Shown here: positions 45,761 to 60,076 of the stretch, piece by piece
How positions within the stretch are numbered: position 1 is the stretch's first letter
Layout of the letters: every line of letters starts with the position of its first letter
NCBI GenBank assembly: GCA_951406725.2
Contig: OX597839.1
Span: forward strand, 4,278,001 to 4,342,000
DNA length: 64,000 nucleotides
Origin: Octopus vulgaris
Taxonomy: Eukaryota
Direction of reading: 5' to 3'
Translations under genes and position numbers: made by a program
Notes under the pieces: generated by a model
Told to the model about the DNA's origin: nothing
The model's database searches: none
What the model saw: only the letters and a program-made list of their open reading frames with translations

Positions 45761-46151
45761 GACGTTGTTGGAAGCACTCCGTCGGTTACGACGATGAGGG
45801 TTCCGGTTGATCCGAATCAACGGAACAGCCTGCTCGTGAAATTAACGTGCAAGTGGCTGAGCACTCCACAGACACGTGCACCCTTAACGTAGTTCTCGGG
45901 GACATTCAGCGTGACACAGAGAGTGACAAGGCCGGCCCCTTGAAATACAGGTACAACAGAAACAGGAAGTAAGAGTGAGAGAAAGTTGTGGTGAAAGAGT
46001 ACAGCAGGGATCACCACCATCCCCTGCCGGAGACTCGTGGAGCTTTTAGGTGTTTTCGCTCAATAAACACTCACAACGCCCGATCTGGGAATCGAAACCG
46101 CGATCCTATGACCGCGAGTCCGCTGCTCTAACCATTGAGCCATTGCGCCTC
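45761..46151 (-). mobile_element. SINE family B (tail b), full length with 10-bp TSD
   Basis: cataaaaatc at 45751-45760 and 46152-46161; head as in the other B copies, different 3' half. Confidence 0.92.
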
Positions 46152-46516
46152 CATAAAAATCTATGTAGAGACCTATACATAACAGTAAGAGTCGTACACG
46201 AAGTTGAACATGCAATTTCTAATATACATATTATATATTATTTACTTATATGTTTTGCATATGTGAATTACAGGGATATGTCGTATGTGGAGTCCCATTT
46301 GTAGAAGATAGAAATAAACAGTCTTAGACTGCTATTTCTAATTCTTTCGGTATGCGGCTAAGCAACCTGTTGCCTGCCTCTTTTATTTATATACAGTATA
46401 TATATGGAACTTTTATAGAAGTTCCTACCGTTAATGGTTATATTTACATGCCGAAATCTACCAGTAAATAATTGTTGGTTTTTTTAAAAACCATTAAAGC
46501 TATTATTTACTCTTAT

Positions 46517-46554
<38 letters not shown>

Positions 46555-46671
46555 ATTACTATATGATCGAACGCCACGCATCCATTTCCAACTAAGTTTT
46601 ATCTATCTACCTAGTTATATATCTATCACATTATCACGTGACCGACCAGGATATCAGATGTTGTTACACAA

Positions 46672-46753
<82 letters not shown>

Positions 46754-46802
46754 CATCCATCTATCTATATATATATATAAATATACACACGCACATGTGT
46801 AA

Positions 46803-46849
<47 letters not shown>

Positions 46850-47921
46850 GAAAGAATGGAGTTGAACGACGATTTAACAAATGTCCTTTATTCTCGACAT
46901 ATGTTTCGAAGACTGCATATTCCTAATTTCGAAGGAATAAAAAAACACACAAATTTCCACACGAAAGCACGTGATCTCTGCCCTTGGCATGTAGCTTCAA
47001 CCGTGTTTTTCTGACGTGAATTTGCTACCCGGGTATCGGTTAACCGAATTATCCATACTAGGACAATTCATTCAACTACTTATATATATATATGTATGTA
47101 TATATATATGCATATGTATATATATATATGTATAAATACGTGTACATATATATATATTTATGTGTATATGTATACATATATGTGTATATATGTATAAATA
47201 TGAACGTATCAGTTTATCTATATAAAATTATATTCATATGCGTACACACACACATACGTCGTGCTCACATACACATACACATATATGAGACCAAAAGCTG
47301 AAAACGATGACTGATGTTATCCCGCGAGATAAACTTAGTAGAAAATGACTAATTTCTACTCCGTCCTTCAACAGCCCAACAAAATATTCCTTCCCGTCGT
47401 TTTGATTTATATTCCTGCATTTCTATTTCTGTTTCCCATTCTCTTCCAGATCCTAATTTTTGCCGATGACGAGTGTCAGCGCTAGCTTAACCAAGTTCTG
47501 ACGTCTCTCTCTCTCTCTTGATATAAATGCATTGTTAAGTTAAGATAGATAGACAGTCAATAACCCAATAAGTCGATAAATCAGCACGGAAAAAAAATGG
47601 CGTCTTTCACAGAAAGAGAAAACAGCAACGTTGAGTAATAGTACAACATAGACGAATACAGAAACGAACACAGACAGGAATTCTAATAAACTTTCACACT
47701 GACTGACGTAATTTTGATGCAAAAATATCACAGTGACGACGGGAGATCGACAGTCAAAACAGCAATGTATCTTAAATGGTGAATATCGATGGATGATGTT
47801 ATGGATGTGTAGTTAGGAAGACCGTTAATGTATGCTTAACAGGCGTATATCTATAGGTGAATTTATCAATGCGTGGTTAGCAAGGTCATGGCAATATATC
47901 CAACATGCATAGCTATGGATT

Positions 47922-48476
47922 GGCGAGCTGGGAGAAACGTTAGCATGTCGGCGATATGCTTAGCGGTATTTCGTCTGACTACGAGCTGATTTCAAATTCC
48001 ACCAAGGTCGACTTTGCCTTTTATCCTTTCGGAGTCGATAAATTAAGTACCAGTTACGCACTGGGGTCGATATAATCGACTTAATCCGTTTGACTTTCCT
48101 TGTTTGTCCCCTCTGTGTTTAGCCCCTTGTGGGTAGTAAAGAAATAGGTATTTCGTCTGCCGTTACGTTGTGAGTTCAAATTCCGCCGAGGTCGACTTTA
48201 CCTTTCATCTTTTCGGGGTCGATTAAATAAGTACCAGTTACGCACTGGGGTCGATATAATCGACTTAATCCGTTTGTCTTTCCTTGTTTGTCCCCTCTGT
48301 GTTTAGCCCCTTGTGGGTAGTAAAGAAATAGGTATTTCGTCTGCCGTTACGTTCTGAGTTCAAATTCCGCCAAGGTCGACTTTACCTTTCATCCTTTCGG
48401 GGTCGATAAATTAACGCACTTGTCTGTCCTTGTTCGTCCCCTCTGTGTTTAGCCCCTTGTGGGTAGAAAAGAAATA
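47922..48476 (+). mobile_element. SINE A trimer
   Basis: Restarts at ggtatttcg at 48147 and 48331 (184-bp spacing). Confidence 0.92.
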
Positions 48477-48514
48477 GGATTAAGGCATATCTGTATTGCT
48501 AAGAATGTGATTAG

Positions 48515-48723
48515 GAGGCGTGGCTGTGTAGTAACAAGCTTGCTTCCCAACCACATGGTTCCAAGGTGACTGCGTGTCACCTTGGGCGAGTATCTTCTAC
48601 TGTAGCCTCGGGCGGACTAAAGCCTTGCGAGGGAATTTGGTAGACGGAAACAGAAAGAAGCCCGTCGTATATATCTATATATCTTTACACATGTATGTAT
48701 GTATGTATGTATGTATGTATGTA

Positions 48724-48776
<53 letters not shown>

Positions 48777-48970
48777 ACTTGTGGCGACATTCACATTCAC
48801 CCTGGGCGGGTTGAGTCGGCTTCTTCTAGCAGTACGGCAAAAGAGTAAGATAAAATACGCAACAGGCTTAGAAAACATACTGGGGGTCGATTTCTCCAAC
48901 TAAAAATTCTTCAAGGTGGTGCCACAACATGGCCGCAGTCTAATGACTGAAATAATTCAAAGATAAAAGA
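48515..48970 (+). mobile_element. SINE C, diverged
   Basis: ggcgtggctgtgtagtaacaagcttgc...catggccgcagtctaatgactgaaa. Confidence 0.8.
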
Positions 48971-49274
48971 TGAACGCAATATGAACAGGTTATTGCTATT
49001 GTGTGAAGACATAAGTGTGCGGTTCAGAATGTTGTTAAGGTATCGCCTGATCTTGGGTATGACTTTAAACGATATCTGGTGGTGGTCCCTGGTTCGGGGT
49101 TCGCAGGGCCTAGAGAAATGTGAAACTACTTCTTAACCGCTATGGGGTTGTATCATCTGTCAGGGTCCCGGCTATGCGTTAAGTAGCATGTTATGGAAGA
49201 ATACCAGCTTTTCTACCATGACCTGATTCTTGGGTACCATTTAGTGAGTCCATTCTATCTATTCTATTACAATC

Positions 49275-49396
49275 CTTTTCGGGGTCGATAAATTAAGTAC
49301 CAGTTACGCACTGGGGTCGATATAATAGACTTAATCCGTTTATCTGTCCTTGTTTGTCCCCTCTGTGTTTAGCCCCTTGTGGGTAGTAAAGAAATA
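49275..49396 (+). mobile_element. SINE A, 5'-truncated, 10-bp TSD
   Basis: tattacaatc at 49265-49274 and 49397-49406. Confidence 0.88.
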
Positions 49397-49415
49397 TATT
49401 ACAATCATTGAAATA

Positions 49416-49520
49416 AGGTGGCACAGGGTTGCACAAGGTGGCACAAAGTGACACAGGGTTGCACAAGGTGGCACAAGGTGGCACAGTATTGCACAAGGTG
49501 ACACAGGGTTGCACAAGGTG
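49416..49520. repeat. 10-bp minisatellite (gcacaaggtg/gcacagggtt)
   Basis: About 10 imperfect units. Confidence 0.9.
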
Positions 49521-50121
49521 ATCAGTTTGAAAACGATTTACGTCTCTCATCCAAATAATTTATGACAAAAATTATGGGCTCTGATTTTTTTTCCGTCCTT
49601 TGACCAAGTGATAACCAGTAAAATAAACAGCAATCTATCATCCATAGAGTAAGGAAGAAAGAAAGAAGGAAGCAGAGAAAAAGTGATTGAAAATGAGGAA
49701 TCGATTGCAGTACCGAACTGTTTATTTATTGACACTACAACGATAAAAAAGTATAAGTGATCTGTGTAGGTATTGAAGCCGGAGATCCAGAACAAATACC
49801 GTAATGCATTCTATGCAGCGTTGTAACCATTCTGCCAGCTTATTGCTTTTGTATTGCAATGCTCTGTTTAAACACCGTAATCGATATATTCATTTTATAC
49901 AAGGATATATTTCGAAGCTTGTAGTAAAAACCAATTTTGACGTTATAGATTCTATTGTTAACCGATAGAACATGTGACTGCAATACCATTCAACTGATGA
50001 GGGAAGCTTGGCTTGCTAAAAATAGCAGCTAATCCTTTTCTGCTGGTATTCTTCCATAACATGCTACTTAACGTATAGCCTGGACCCTGACAGATGATAC
50101 TACCCCAGGTTAGAATAGATC

Positions 50122-50523
50122 GGCGAGCTGGCAGAAACGTTAGCACGCTGAGCGAGATGCTTAGCGGTATTTCGTCTGCCGTTACGTTCTAAGTTCAAAT
50201 TCCGCCGAGGTCGTCTTTGCCTTTCATCCTTTCGGGGTCGATAAATTAAGTACCAGTTACGCACTGGGGTCGATATAATCGACTTAATCCGTTTGTCTGT
50301 CCTCTCTGTGTTTAGCCCCTTGTAGGTAGTAAAGAAATAGGTATTTCGTCTGCTGTTACGTTCTGAATTCAAATTCCGCCGAGGTCGACTTTGCCTTTCA
50401 TCCTTTCGGGGGTCGATTAAATAAGTACCAGTTACGCACTGGGGCCGATGTATCGACTTAATACCTATGTCTGTCCTTGTTTGTCCTCTCTGTGTTTAGC
50501 CCCTTGTGGGTAGTAAAGAAATA
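50122..50523 (+). mobile_element. SINE A dimer with 14-bp TSD
   Basis: ggttagaatagatc at 50108-50121 and 50524-50537; internal restart ggtatttcg at 50340. Confidence 0.92.
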
Positions 50524-50724
50524 GGTTAGAATAGATCTGAGGACAATAGCGGTTAAGAAGTAGTTTCACATTCCTCTAGGCCCTGCGGACCCCGAACCGG
50601 GGGCTCACCACCAGATATCGTTTAAATATTCAAATTCTACTCTTTTTAACAGCATCAACACCACCAACAACAACGACGATGTAAAAGTTCTGACCACTAA
50701 TATGTATACTTACTCTTACTCTTT

Positions 50725-51126
50725 ACTATTTTACTCTTCAATTTGTTTCAGGCTTTTGACTGCGGCCATGCTGGAGCACCGCCTTTAGTCGAGCAAATCG
50801 ACCCCGGGACTTATTCTTTGTAAGCCCAGTACTTATTCTATCGTTCTCTTTTGCCGAACCGCTAAGTGACGGGGACGTAAACACACCAGCATCGGTTGTC
50901 AAGCAATGCTAGGGGGGCAAACACAGACACACAAACACACACATACATATATATACATATATACGACAGGCTTCTTTCAGTTTCCGTCTACCAAATCCAC
51001 TCACAGGGCATTGGTCGGCCCGAGGCTATAGTAGAAGACACTTACCCAAGATGCCACGCATTGGGACTGAACCCGGAACCATGTGGTTGGTTAGCAAACT
51101 ACTTACCACACAGCCACTCCTGCGCC
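50725..51126 (-). mobile_element. SINE family C, full length
   Basis: Near-identical to 42810-43211. Confidence 0.92.
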
Positions 51127-52213
51127 ATATGATAGTTAATACTTTAAAATATTATTCAAATTTTGACCTCATTTATGGATATGGGTTTGAGATTTGTGAG
51201 CTGGTGAGCTTTTCTTGTCAATCATCCGATGAATTTCTTTTGGATACAGGTTGAAATGTTGTTTAATGTTGTAGCAACACTTAACCCAGAAAAAAAAGAG
51301 CTGTATTCCTGTCTTTCATGATGGAAATCATTTGAGCTTTGTACAGAGTCAGCAACTATTGAAAGCTCATGTATTTTCCTAGCCCTGAAGATGGAAGCAA
51401 AATTCTCCATTAAAATCAATCCTAATACCAACAACAGCAACAGCAACAACAACAACAAAAATAACAACAAGAGTTTAAATTTTTAAAGAAAATGAAAATA
51501 AACAAAAAAAAAAAAAAAAAACACACACACACATCTAGATCGGAAGATTAGAAACCTCATAATAAGGAAATGAATACGGAAAAACTCGAATATTACAAGG
51601 GCGAATATTTAATAAATTTAACATTTTAGAAATCAAAGGAGATTTTTACGGCAAATTCATTTCACATCAGGTGGTGTTTAAAACACGAAAGCGAATGTAT
51701 AAACCTTTCGTGACCATATTTCTAATGAAATTCACCGTGTATGTGTTTCAATTAATTTTGAAAATAATGCAAAATTTTGCTGGGATTTATTAAAATAATT
51801 TGTTTTCTTTCTTTTATTTGTGTATTAACCTGTTGTTTCTAATGCAACTAAATAAAAAGGTTCTTACATAAAATTATGATGGAGGGTTTAATTTAAATAT
51901 GAACACTTGGAAATGAGAGGGGTTTGTTTCGTGGCACTGGAGTGGTGGAGGTTTTAGTGGGGAATCGCTACCAAAAGGTCTAAATATATTGAAATGTTTA
52001 TTTGAAAAGTGAATTATATTTAGAAACGTTCGATTTCGTATAAACTTTATATATATTTTTATGTGTGTATATTAAGAGAGAGAATATGACAAGATGGCAA
52101 CATCTATTGGCTACAGATGAAACATGGAGATATATACGTAATCGGTAGGCATGAAATCGATAAATATAAATGGGCGCAAGAACTGTCGTGTTGTTAAGAT
52201 GTTCGGTTTGGAA

Positions 52214-52790
52214 GGCGGCGAGCTGGCAGAAACGTTAGCGCGCCGGGCGAAATGCTTAGCGGTATTTCGTCTGCCGTTACGTTCTGAGTTCAAATTCCGC
52301 CGAGGTCGACTTTGCCTTTCATCCTTTCGGGGTCGATTGAATAAGTACCAGTTACGCACTGGGTTCGATGTAATCGACTTAATCCGTTTGTCTGTCCTTC
52401 TTTGTCCCCTCTGTGTTTAATCCCTTGTGGGTAGTAAAGAAATAGGTATTTCGTCTGCCTCTACGTTCTGAGTTCAAAATCCGCCGACGCCGACTTTGCC
52501 TTTCATTCTTTCGGGGTCGATTAAATAAGAACCAGTTACGCACTGGGGTCGATATAATCGACTTAATCAGTGTGTCTGTCCTTGTTTGTCCTCTCTGTGT
52601 TTAACCCCTTGTATGTAGTAAAGAAATAGTTATTTCGTCTGTCTTTACGTTCTGAGTTCAAATTTCACCGAGGTCGATTTTACCTTTCATCCTTTCGGGG
52701 TCAATAAATTAAGTACCAGTCGTGTACTGGGGTCGATCTAATCAACTGCCCCACCCCGGAATTTCGGGCCTTGTGCTTAGAATAGAAAAG
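52214..52790 (+). mobile_element. SINE A trimer ending in the alternative tail
   Basis: Restarts at 52445 and 52629; last unit ends ggaatttcgggccttgtgc. Confidence 0.92.
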
Positions 52791-52794
52791 ATTC

Positions 52795-53135
52795 TTTTAT
52801 GTGTTTTAGTCATTTGACTATTTCCATGCTGGAGCACCCTCTTTAGTCGAACAAATCGACCTCAGCACTTATTTTATCGGTTTCTTTTACTGAACCACTA
52901 TGTTTCAGGGACGTAAACACACCAGCACCGGTTGTCAAGTGATGGTGGGGGACAAGCAGATACACACACATACAAACACACACATATATATGACAGACTT
53001 CTTTCAGTTTCCAGCCACTTACAAGGCTTTGGTCGGCTCGAGGCTATAGTAGAAACACTATATCATGGTGTCACGCAGTGAGACTGAACCCAACCCGGAA
53101 CAATGTGGTTGGGAGGCAAGCTTTTACCACACCCC
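52795..53135 (-). mobile_element. SINE C, diverged
   Basis: gtcatttgact...catgctggagcacc...ggctatagtagaa. Confidence 0.8.
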
Positions 53136-53174
53136 CAGTCCTGAGCCTATATATATATATATATATATATATAT

Positions 53175-53291
53175 CACATGATCACATGACCGACCAGACC
53201 ATCAGATGTTGCTACACATCGCTGGTCACAATGCGTTCGCATTGTTTTAGCCTTCGAATGACGCCACCCCGCTGGCTAAGCGAGCAGGCCA
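53175..53291 (-). mobile_element. SINE B tail-a fragment between (TA)n tracts
   Basis: gaccgaccagaccatcagatgttgctacacatcgctggtcacaatgcg. Confidence 0.85.
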
Positions 53292-53549
<258 letters not shown>

Positions 53550-54263
53550 TATATATATATGATATATGTTGTGTACGTATCTGCACAGAGAGGCATACAT
53601 ACACGCTACCATACATGTAGATCACATATGCACCTATTCGCTAAGAGGCTAAAATCAATGTTAAAATGACGAAATTGATGCGTATGTATAAATGCACCGT
53701 GCATTGTCGACGTTGCACAGTTGCGGATTTACTGCACTAAACTACTGCACTACTGTACTGCTTACATAATGCCATGTGCCAGGAGTGTGTGTGTAAGTGT
53801 GCTGGTATATGTGTGTGATTACGTGTGTGTATTTGATAATTTGGCGTAGGTTTACTACATCAGGAGAAATGAGAACTGCATTTGACATACATAGAAGCAC
53901 AACGATAACGACGACGACGACGATGGCGATTACGACGACGATGGCGACGATGATGATGAAGACAATAATGATGATGATGATGGTAGTAGTGGTGACTGAT
54001 GATGATGATGATTGATGACGATGAAAATGGTTATGGTGATAATCATGAAGAGAATGATGGTGATTATGAAAATGATGGTGGTGAGGGTGGTGGTGGTGGT
54101 GATGATGATGATGATAATGAAGGTGAAAATGAAGTAGTTGTAGTGTTTTTAGTAGAAGTAGTCGTAATAGTAATAGCAGTAGAAGTAGTAGAAGTAGTAG
54201 TAGTAGTAGTCGTAGTAGTAGTAGTAGCAATAATAATAATAATAATAGTAATAATTATAATAA

Positions 54264-54528
54264 TCACCGTGATCACCGTGACCGACCAGGCTATCAGATG
54301 TTGCTACACATCGCTGGTCACAATGCGCTTCGCATTGTTTTAGCCTCCAAATGAGGCCACCCCGCTGGCTAAGCGAGCAGGCTAACAGAAGAAAGAGTGA
54401 GAGAAAGTTGTGGAGCTTTAGGTGTTTTCGCTCAATAAACACTCACAACACCCGGTCTGGGAATCGAAACCGCGATCCTACGATCGCGAGTCCGCTGCCC
54501 CCCTAACCACTGAGCCATTGCGTCTCCA
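54264..54528 (-). mobile_element. SINE B (tail a) with internal deletion, inside (AAT)n
   Basis: Head and tail match 41960-42264. Confidence 0.88.
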
Positions 54529-54770
54529 CAATAATAATAATAATAATAATAATAATAATTCTGAATACTGCTATATTAAAGATGGCTGATGCGTGACCAC
54601 CACTTCGAATGATATGTAAGTGGAGTAGTGGTGACGTCAGGGAAGAGATTTTTTTTGTTACTCTTAGTATTGCATGTGTTTGAAATATTTCTGTGAGTTT
54701 TGTACTGTTTGAATGTGTTTACGAGTACGTGACTTATGTGTGCATGATAATGTGAATGTGTTTGAGTTTC

Positions 54771-54822
<52 letters not shown>

Positions 54823-54892
54823 TCTTTAATCGTGTGTTTTTGTGTGTGAGTGAATTTTCATAGCATGTGTGTATGCGTGTGTGGGCATGCAG

Positions 54893-54980
<88 letters not shown>

Positions 54981-54992
54981 TTATCCATACAA

Positions 54993-55025
<33 letters not shown>

Positions 55026-55165
55026 GTTGTGTGGGAGATGTTTGCGTGTGTGAGTGTTTATCTGTGTGCATGCATGAGTATATATATTTTATATATATAC
55101 ATTCACATACATACACACACATATACATACATATGCACACTCATATGCATATATATATGTGTGTG

Positions 55166-55243
<78 letters not shown>

Positions 55244-55372
55244 GTGTGAGCATGCGCATATAGGCACGTATACGCATTGATACATAGAATATATGTGTGT
55301 GTGTGTGTATGGATTGTGAGTGAATGAGAGTGTCTTTTTATATACGTATAGACATATGTGCATATTCATAAA

Positions 55373-55409
<37 letters not shown>

Positions 55410-55776
55410 GCACGTGAATATATACACACACATGCACACACACTTACATACGCGCTCGTATAGACTCAAATAACGTAATACTATATTATTATACAATACC
55501 CTACATGCATATTTGATGTTGTGAGCTGAACAATTTTCTGCAATTATACGTCTAAAAACGTCATGGATTTTATTCGATGTACTATTCTGATAGCTCCTGG
55601 TATTATTGTCTCTGATCGATTATTGATCTGCCTTTCTCCCCACCCTCTTTCTCTCCTTGCACATACGCACACATGTACATGTGCGTGTGTATATCTATTT
55701 TTATTTATTTATATGTGTGTGTATATATATTTATATATGTATATATACATACATATATATATATATATATATACAT

Positions 55777-55813
<37 letters not shown>

Positions 55814-55909
55814 AATGCACACACACACACACATATATATATACACACACACATATAAACATACATACGTACATATAAACATACATACGTACATACAAAT
55901 ATAAATATC

Positions 55910-55967
<58 letters not shown>

Positions 55968-56028
55968 CATATATATATATAAATATATAGGAGTGTATGT
56001 ATGTATACTCACAGACACAGATACATAC

Positions 56029-56129
<101 letters not shown>

Positions 56130-56171
56130 CATATGTATATATATATATATACGCACACGCACATATATATA

Positions 56172-56222
<51 letters not shown>

Positions 56223-56387
56223 ATATATACTCAGTCGAGTGGATAGAAGATTGTGTGTCGTTTATGCAATTACATATGATGGCAAATATAGTAAGAAACG
56301 GTTTCTTCAATCAACGTTTTGGAGTCGTCTGCGTACTCACACAAACGCACGCACACACACACACACACACACACGCTCATACGCACA

Positions 56388-56772
56388 CCCTCTTGACCCA
56401 GGGCAGCACGTTCTCCTCCAGGCACTTGATGTAGGCCTCCGTGTTGAGTGTGCGGCCGTGTGGGATGTTGAATGGAGGCATAACGTCGCCATCACTAGTA
56501 ATCACTCCAAACACCATCACGTCGACTGGAAGTTTGAATTTTATCACTCTCAGTACATGTCCTCAGATTGAAACCCACGCTGAAATATCCGTATTGAAGC
56601 TTCCGGCGCGAATGCCAAGCATTACAGCATGTCGTTTCCAAATTTCTGGCAGAGTGAATAGCGTCATAATGCTGTTTTTCTTAGAGGCGGTGTAGTCGAC
56701 AAAACAAAAACGGGAATACTACGAATGCGCACGAAATTAAAAATATAAAATGGCGACAATTTACCCATCGCG

Positions 56773-56777
<5 letters not shown>
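56388..56777 (-). mobile_element. Internally deleted Tc1/mariner-superfamily DNA transposon remnant
   Basis: Minus strand: MTLFTLPEIWKRHAVMLGIRAG (ATG at 56667) joined to the catalytic-domain piece [43 protein letters not shown]; putative terminus abuts TA. Confidence 0.75.
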
Positions 56778-56806
<29 letters not shown>

Positions 56807-56864
56807 TACAGGTTGGCGATTTTTTCCCTCTGTCTTCCCTTCTCTGGATCTTTCCTTCTCCTAT

Positions 56865-56899
56865 GTTTCCGACGAAGAGCTCCGCTCGAAACGTTAAAC
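56865..56899 (+). ncRNA. Minimal type-I hammerhead-like motif (variant core CCGACGA) in an element ~56804-56992 between (TA)n
   Basis: gttt-CCGACGA-a-gagc(tcc)gctc-GAAA-cg-TT-aaac; same architecture and downstream ttcctgagcgt as 4024-4080. Confidence 0.6.
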
Positions 56900-56998
56900 C
56901 CTCCTTCTTTCCTGAGCGTCTAATAATACTATATTTGTTCCACGTCCTCGCGTTGTTGTGTTTTTTTTTGTGCTTTCTTGTTCGGATTAACTATATAT

Positions 56999-57086
<88 letters not shown>

Positions 57087-57173
57087 CTGTCTCTGTGTGT
57101 GTGAATACATACCCACATTCACTTACTAACAATAACTATCTCTCTCTCTCTCTCACACACACAGAGGTGTATA

Positions 57174-57239
<66 letters not shown>

Positions 57240-57634
57240 CACATTACTATTTGTGAAATGAGATAAGGGCCTCAAAATAATATTTCTTCGAAGTGATAGA
57301 TTCCGAGAGACAGGACAGTATAGCAGGTGCGCGCGCGCACAGACACGCACGAACATACATACACTTGCACACAAAAACACACACAAACGCATATATACAG
57401 ATAGGTGCACACATACAACTGCATACACTCATAAGTTGACCTCTACTTCTGAGACATGATTGCTATATATATCTGGAGAGACGATATTTGTTAAGTGTCG
57501 TGTTACCATATTTCGGAGTTGTCAGTGTAATTCTTATGAATAATGGTTGAAATGACTTGTTAGTAGAGTAAAGGAGGAAAGCTCCTAGATATTATCTATC
57601 ACAATATGAATTACTAGCACGCTACGTAGAATCT

Positions 57635-57687
<53 letters not shown>

Positions 57688-57830
57688 GTATGTGTGTGTA
57701 TATATATATATTAAATTAGAGATAAAACCACTATTAGGCAAATCAGACAGTGAAAAACATAAATCAATACATAGAAATAAAATTTATTAATATTATATAC
57801 AATATATATAAAATATAAATTTCAAAATTT

Positions 57831-57904
<74 letters not shown>

Positions 57905-59152
57905 ATATGTAGATACATATAAGTATATATATAAAACACGTATCATATGAATATGCCTTATATGGTATATGTGTGAGTGTGTGAGAGTATACGTTTGCGT
58001 GTGTGTATCTGTATGTTTGTATGAATGTATGTCTGTATATATTTACGTATGCATGCATTCAAGTACAAATATGCACAAAGAGATACACACACTCGCACAC
58101 AAACACACACACACATACACACACATTATCATTATTATCATTATTTCGGAGGCAGTATTGCTAGTCGCAAGCATGGCTAGTCGGTTTGAAACTCTTCTAC
58201 TGCTATAGCCTCATTGTCACCAATTTGGTGTACGGAAACTGTGAGATGTGTCATTTATTGACCCATTTCACATTGAACTGCATTTAACAGAAGTTATTCA
58301 ATCGTAACACAGTCAAGGTGAGCTATAGTTGCATTAGCAACATTTACTTTATATGATGTAAACTATCCACTAACTCTGTGTGAAATAATACAGGGCAATA
58401 TGTAAAAATAAATTGTTTCTGCCCTCAAAGAGTAGAGGGATATAAAATATTAATCTATTCTGCTAAAGTATGCTCAAGTATTAATAGTAATAATAAAATC
58501 ACGACCAACACTAGCTAGTCATAACTGAGGGGCATTTCAAAACCTGCTTTTACAAAAGAAAAAAGAAAAGAAATATTTCGAAATTAAGCATGGTGGAGCG
58601 TCAGAGTCTATTCATGAAATTGAAAGGCAAGAGTATTAACAACTTTAACAGGTTTTGGGATAAAATGAAAAAAAAAACAAAACTCACACCAATAGTTTTA
58701 AGATTCACACCTCATTCGCTGTAAAGAAATTTTTCGTTTTAAATAGGCATCAAAATTGAAATTTAAGAGCTCTGCTGATTTCTGAAATATTCACCAAATA
58801 CAGGCATATTAACACCTTTTTTTCTGCCAATTTTAATCGGAAAATGAAACCTGATAAAATGCATAATTTTTAATTTGATCCGTATGCGTGGGTATTTAAG
58901 TGCTTCTAACATATACCTGCTACGCGAAATCCTACTTTACATTTTTTTACCACGTGCGTGCCCGAAGGAAAACTGGCAGCTAAAGATGAAAGAAAAACAT
59001 CTAAATAAATTTAACATTTGAGAGGAAATCTTCAATGAAATACCCTCCAATGCAAACGCTTCTATTTATTATGAAACTTAAAGTGATGAACATGTAGCAA
59101 TATTTATCTGCTATACTAAACGTATTGACTATTCCTATTTTCCTTTACGAGG

Positions 59153-59192
<40 letters not shown>

Positions 59193-59195
<3 letters not shown>

Positions 59196-59290
59196 TTAAT
59201 CCAAACGGGAAAACAGAAAAAACAACAACACGTGGAACAATTACAGTATTATTATTATTAGGCGCTCAGGAAAATGGAAGAAGGAGGGTA
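59193..59290 (-). mobile_element. Truncated relative of the 56804-56992 element, hammerhead missing
   Basis: Reverse complement matches ccctccttc..ttcctgagcg.ctaataatact...ttgttccacgt...ggattaac. Confidence 0.7.
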
Positions 59291-59333
59291 TATATATAAT
59301 CAAAAATATGCAACAAGAATAACTTCGGTAATT

Positions 59334-59417
59334 TGGTACGATCGTTTCACGCTACATCATTTTATTAAATATTGTAAGTATTACAACAGTTTTAAAATGT
59401 TGAGCAATCATCAGCCA
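59334..59417 (-). ncRNA. Type-I hammerhead motif with long stem II and palindromic stem III
   Basis: Minus: tgg-CTGATGA-t-tgct...agcg-t-GAAA-cg(at)cg-TA-cca; GUA cleavage triplet. Confidence 0.8.
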
Positions 59418-59600
59418 TTAATAGAGGTTTCCCATTAATACATAATTTTCATATCAATTGATAACATTAGAGAGAAGGTAGATATATAGACAAAGATGTC
59501 GATTTAAATTTTAAGAACATTCAGGTAGTAGAGTTTAGCAACAAAATTCTGGTGCAACTAACTTAAGTACCATATTCATTTGAATCTAAATTATGCTGAA

Positions 59601-59685
<85 letters not shown>

Positions 59686-59689
59686 CTAT

Positions 59690-59900
59690 ATATGTGTGTC
59701 TGTATTCGTCCCCCCATCACCGCTTAACAACCGGTATTGGCGTGTCTACGTCCCCGTAACTTAGCGGTTCGGCAAAAGAGCCGATAGAATAACTACTAGG
59801 CTCAAGAATTTAGTCATGAGGTCGATTTGGCGATTAAAATCTTTAAAGGTGCTCCAGCATGGTCGCAGTCAAATGACTGCAATAGATAAAAAAAATAAAA
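59690..59900 (+). mobile_element. SINE C 3' half
   Basis: gtccccgtaacttagcggttcggcaaaagag...ggtgctccagcatggtcgcagtcaaatgactg. Confidence 0.85.
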
Positions 59901-60076
59901 GAATAAAAATATGGAGAAAATGAAAGTAAACTGGTCGCTTAAGGATATCCCACTTACCAACAAACTCGAGGTCATGAGACTCATTAGACATGCAACAAAA
60001 GAAGTGATTCGACAGGTTAGTTGAATTAGAGGTTAAAATAACTATCTAAAAGATACCATTACACTACCGGTATATT

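Larger units (their letters stand above)
49064..50626. mobile_element. Pair of long inverted repeats (candidate TIR element) with nested SINE A copies
   Basis: 49064-49208 is reverse-complementary to 50042-50107 plus 50546-50626; both outer ends read tttaaa. Confidence 0.55.

Noticed and set aside
47922-48476. CRISPR-like or satellite array
   Set aside because: Units are SINE bodies without unique spacers; eukaryotic context.
49994-50025. ctgatgag motif (also ctgatga at ~1075 and ~14738, and ctgataag in element D)
   Set aside because: No stem II-GAAA-stem III arrangement follows.
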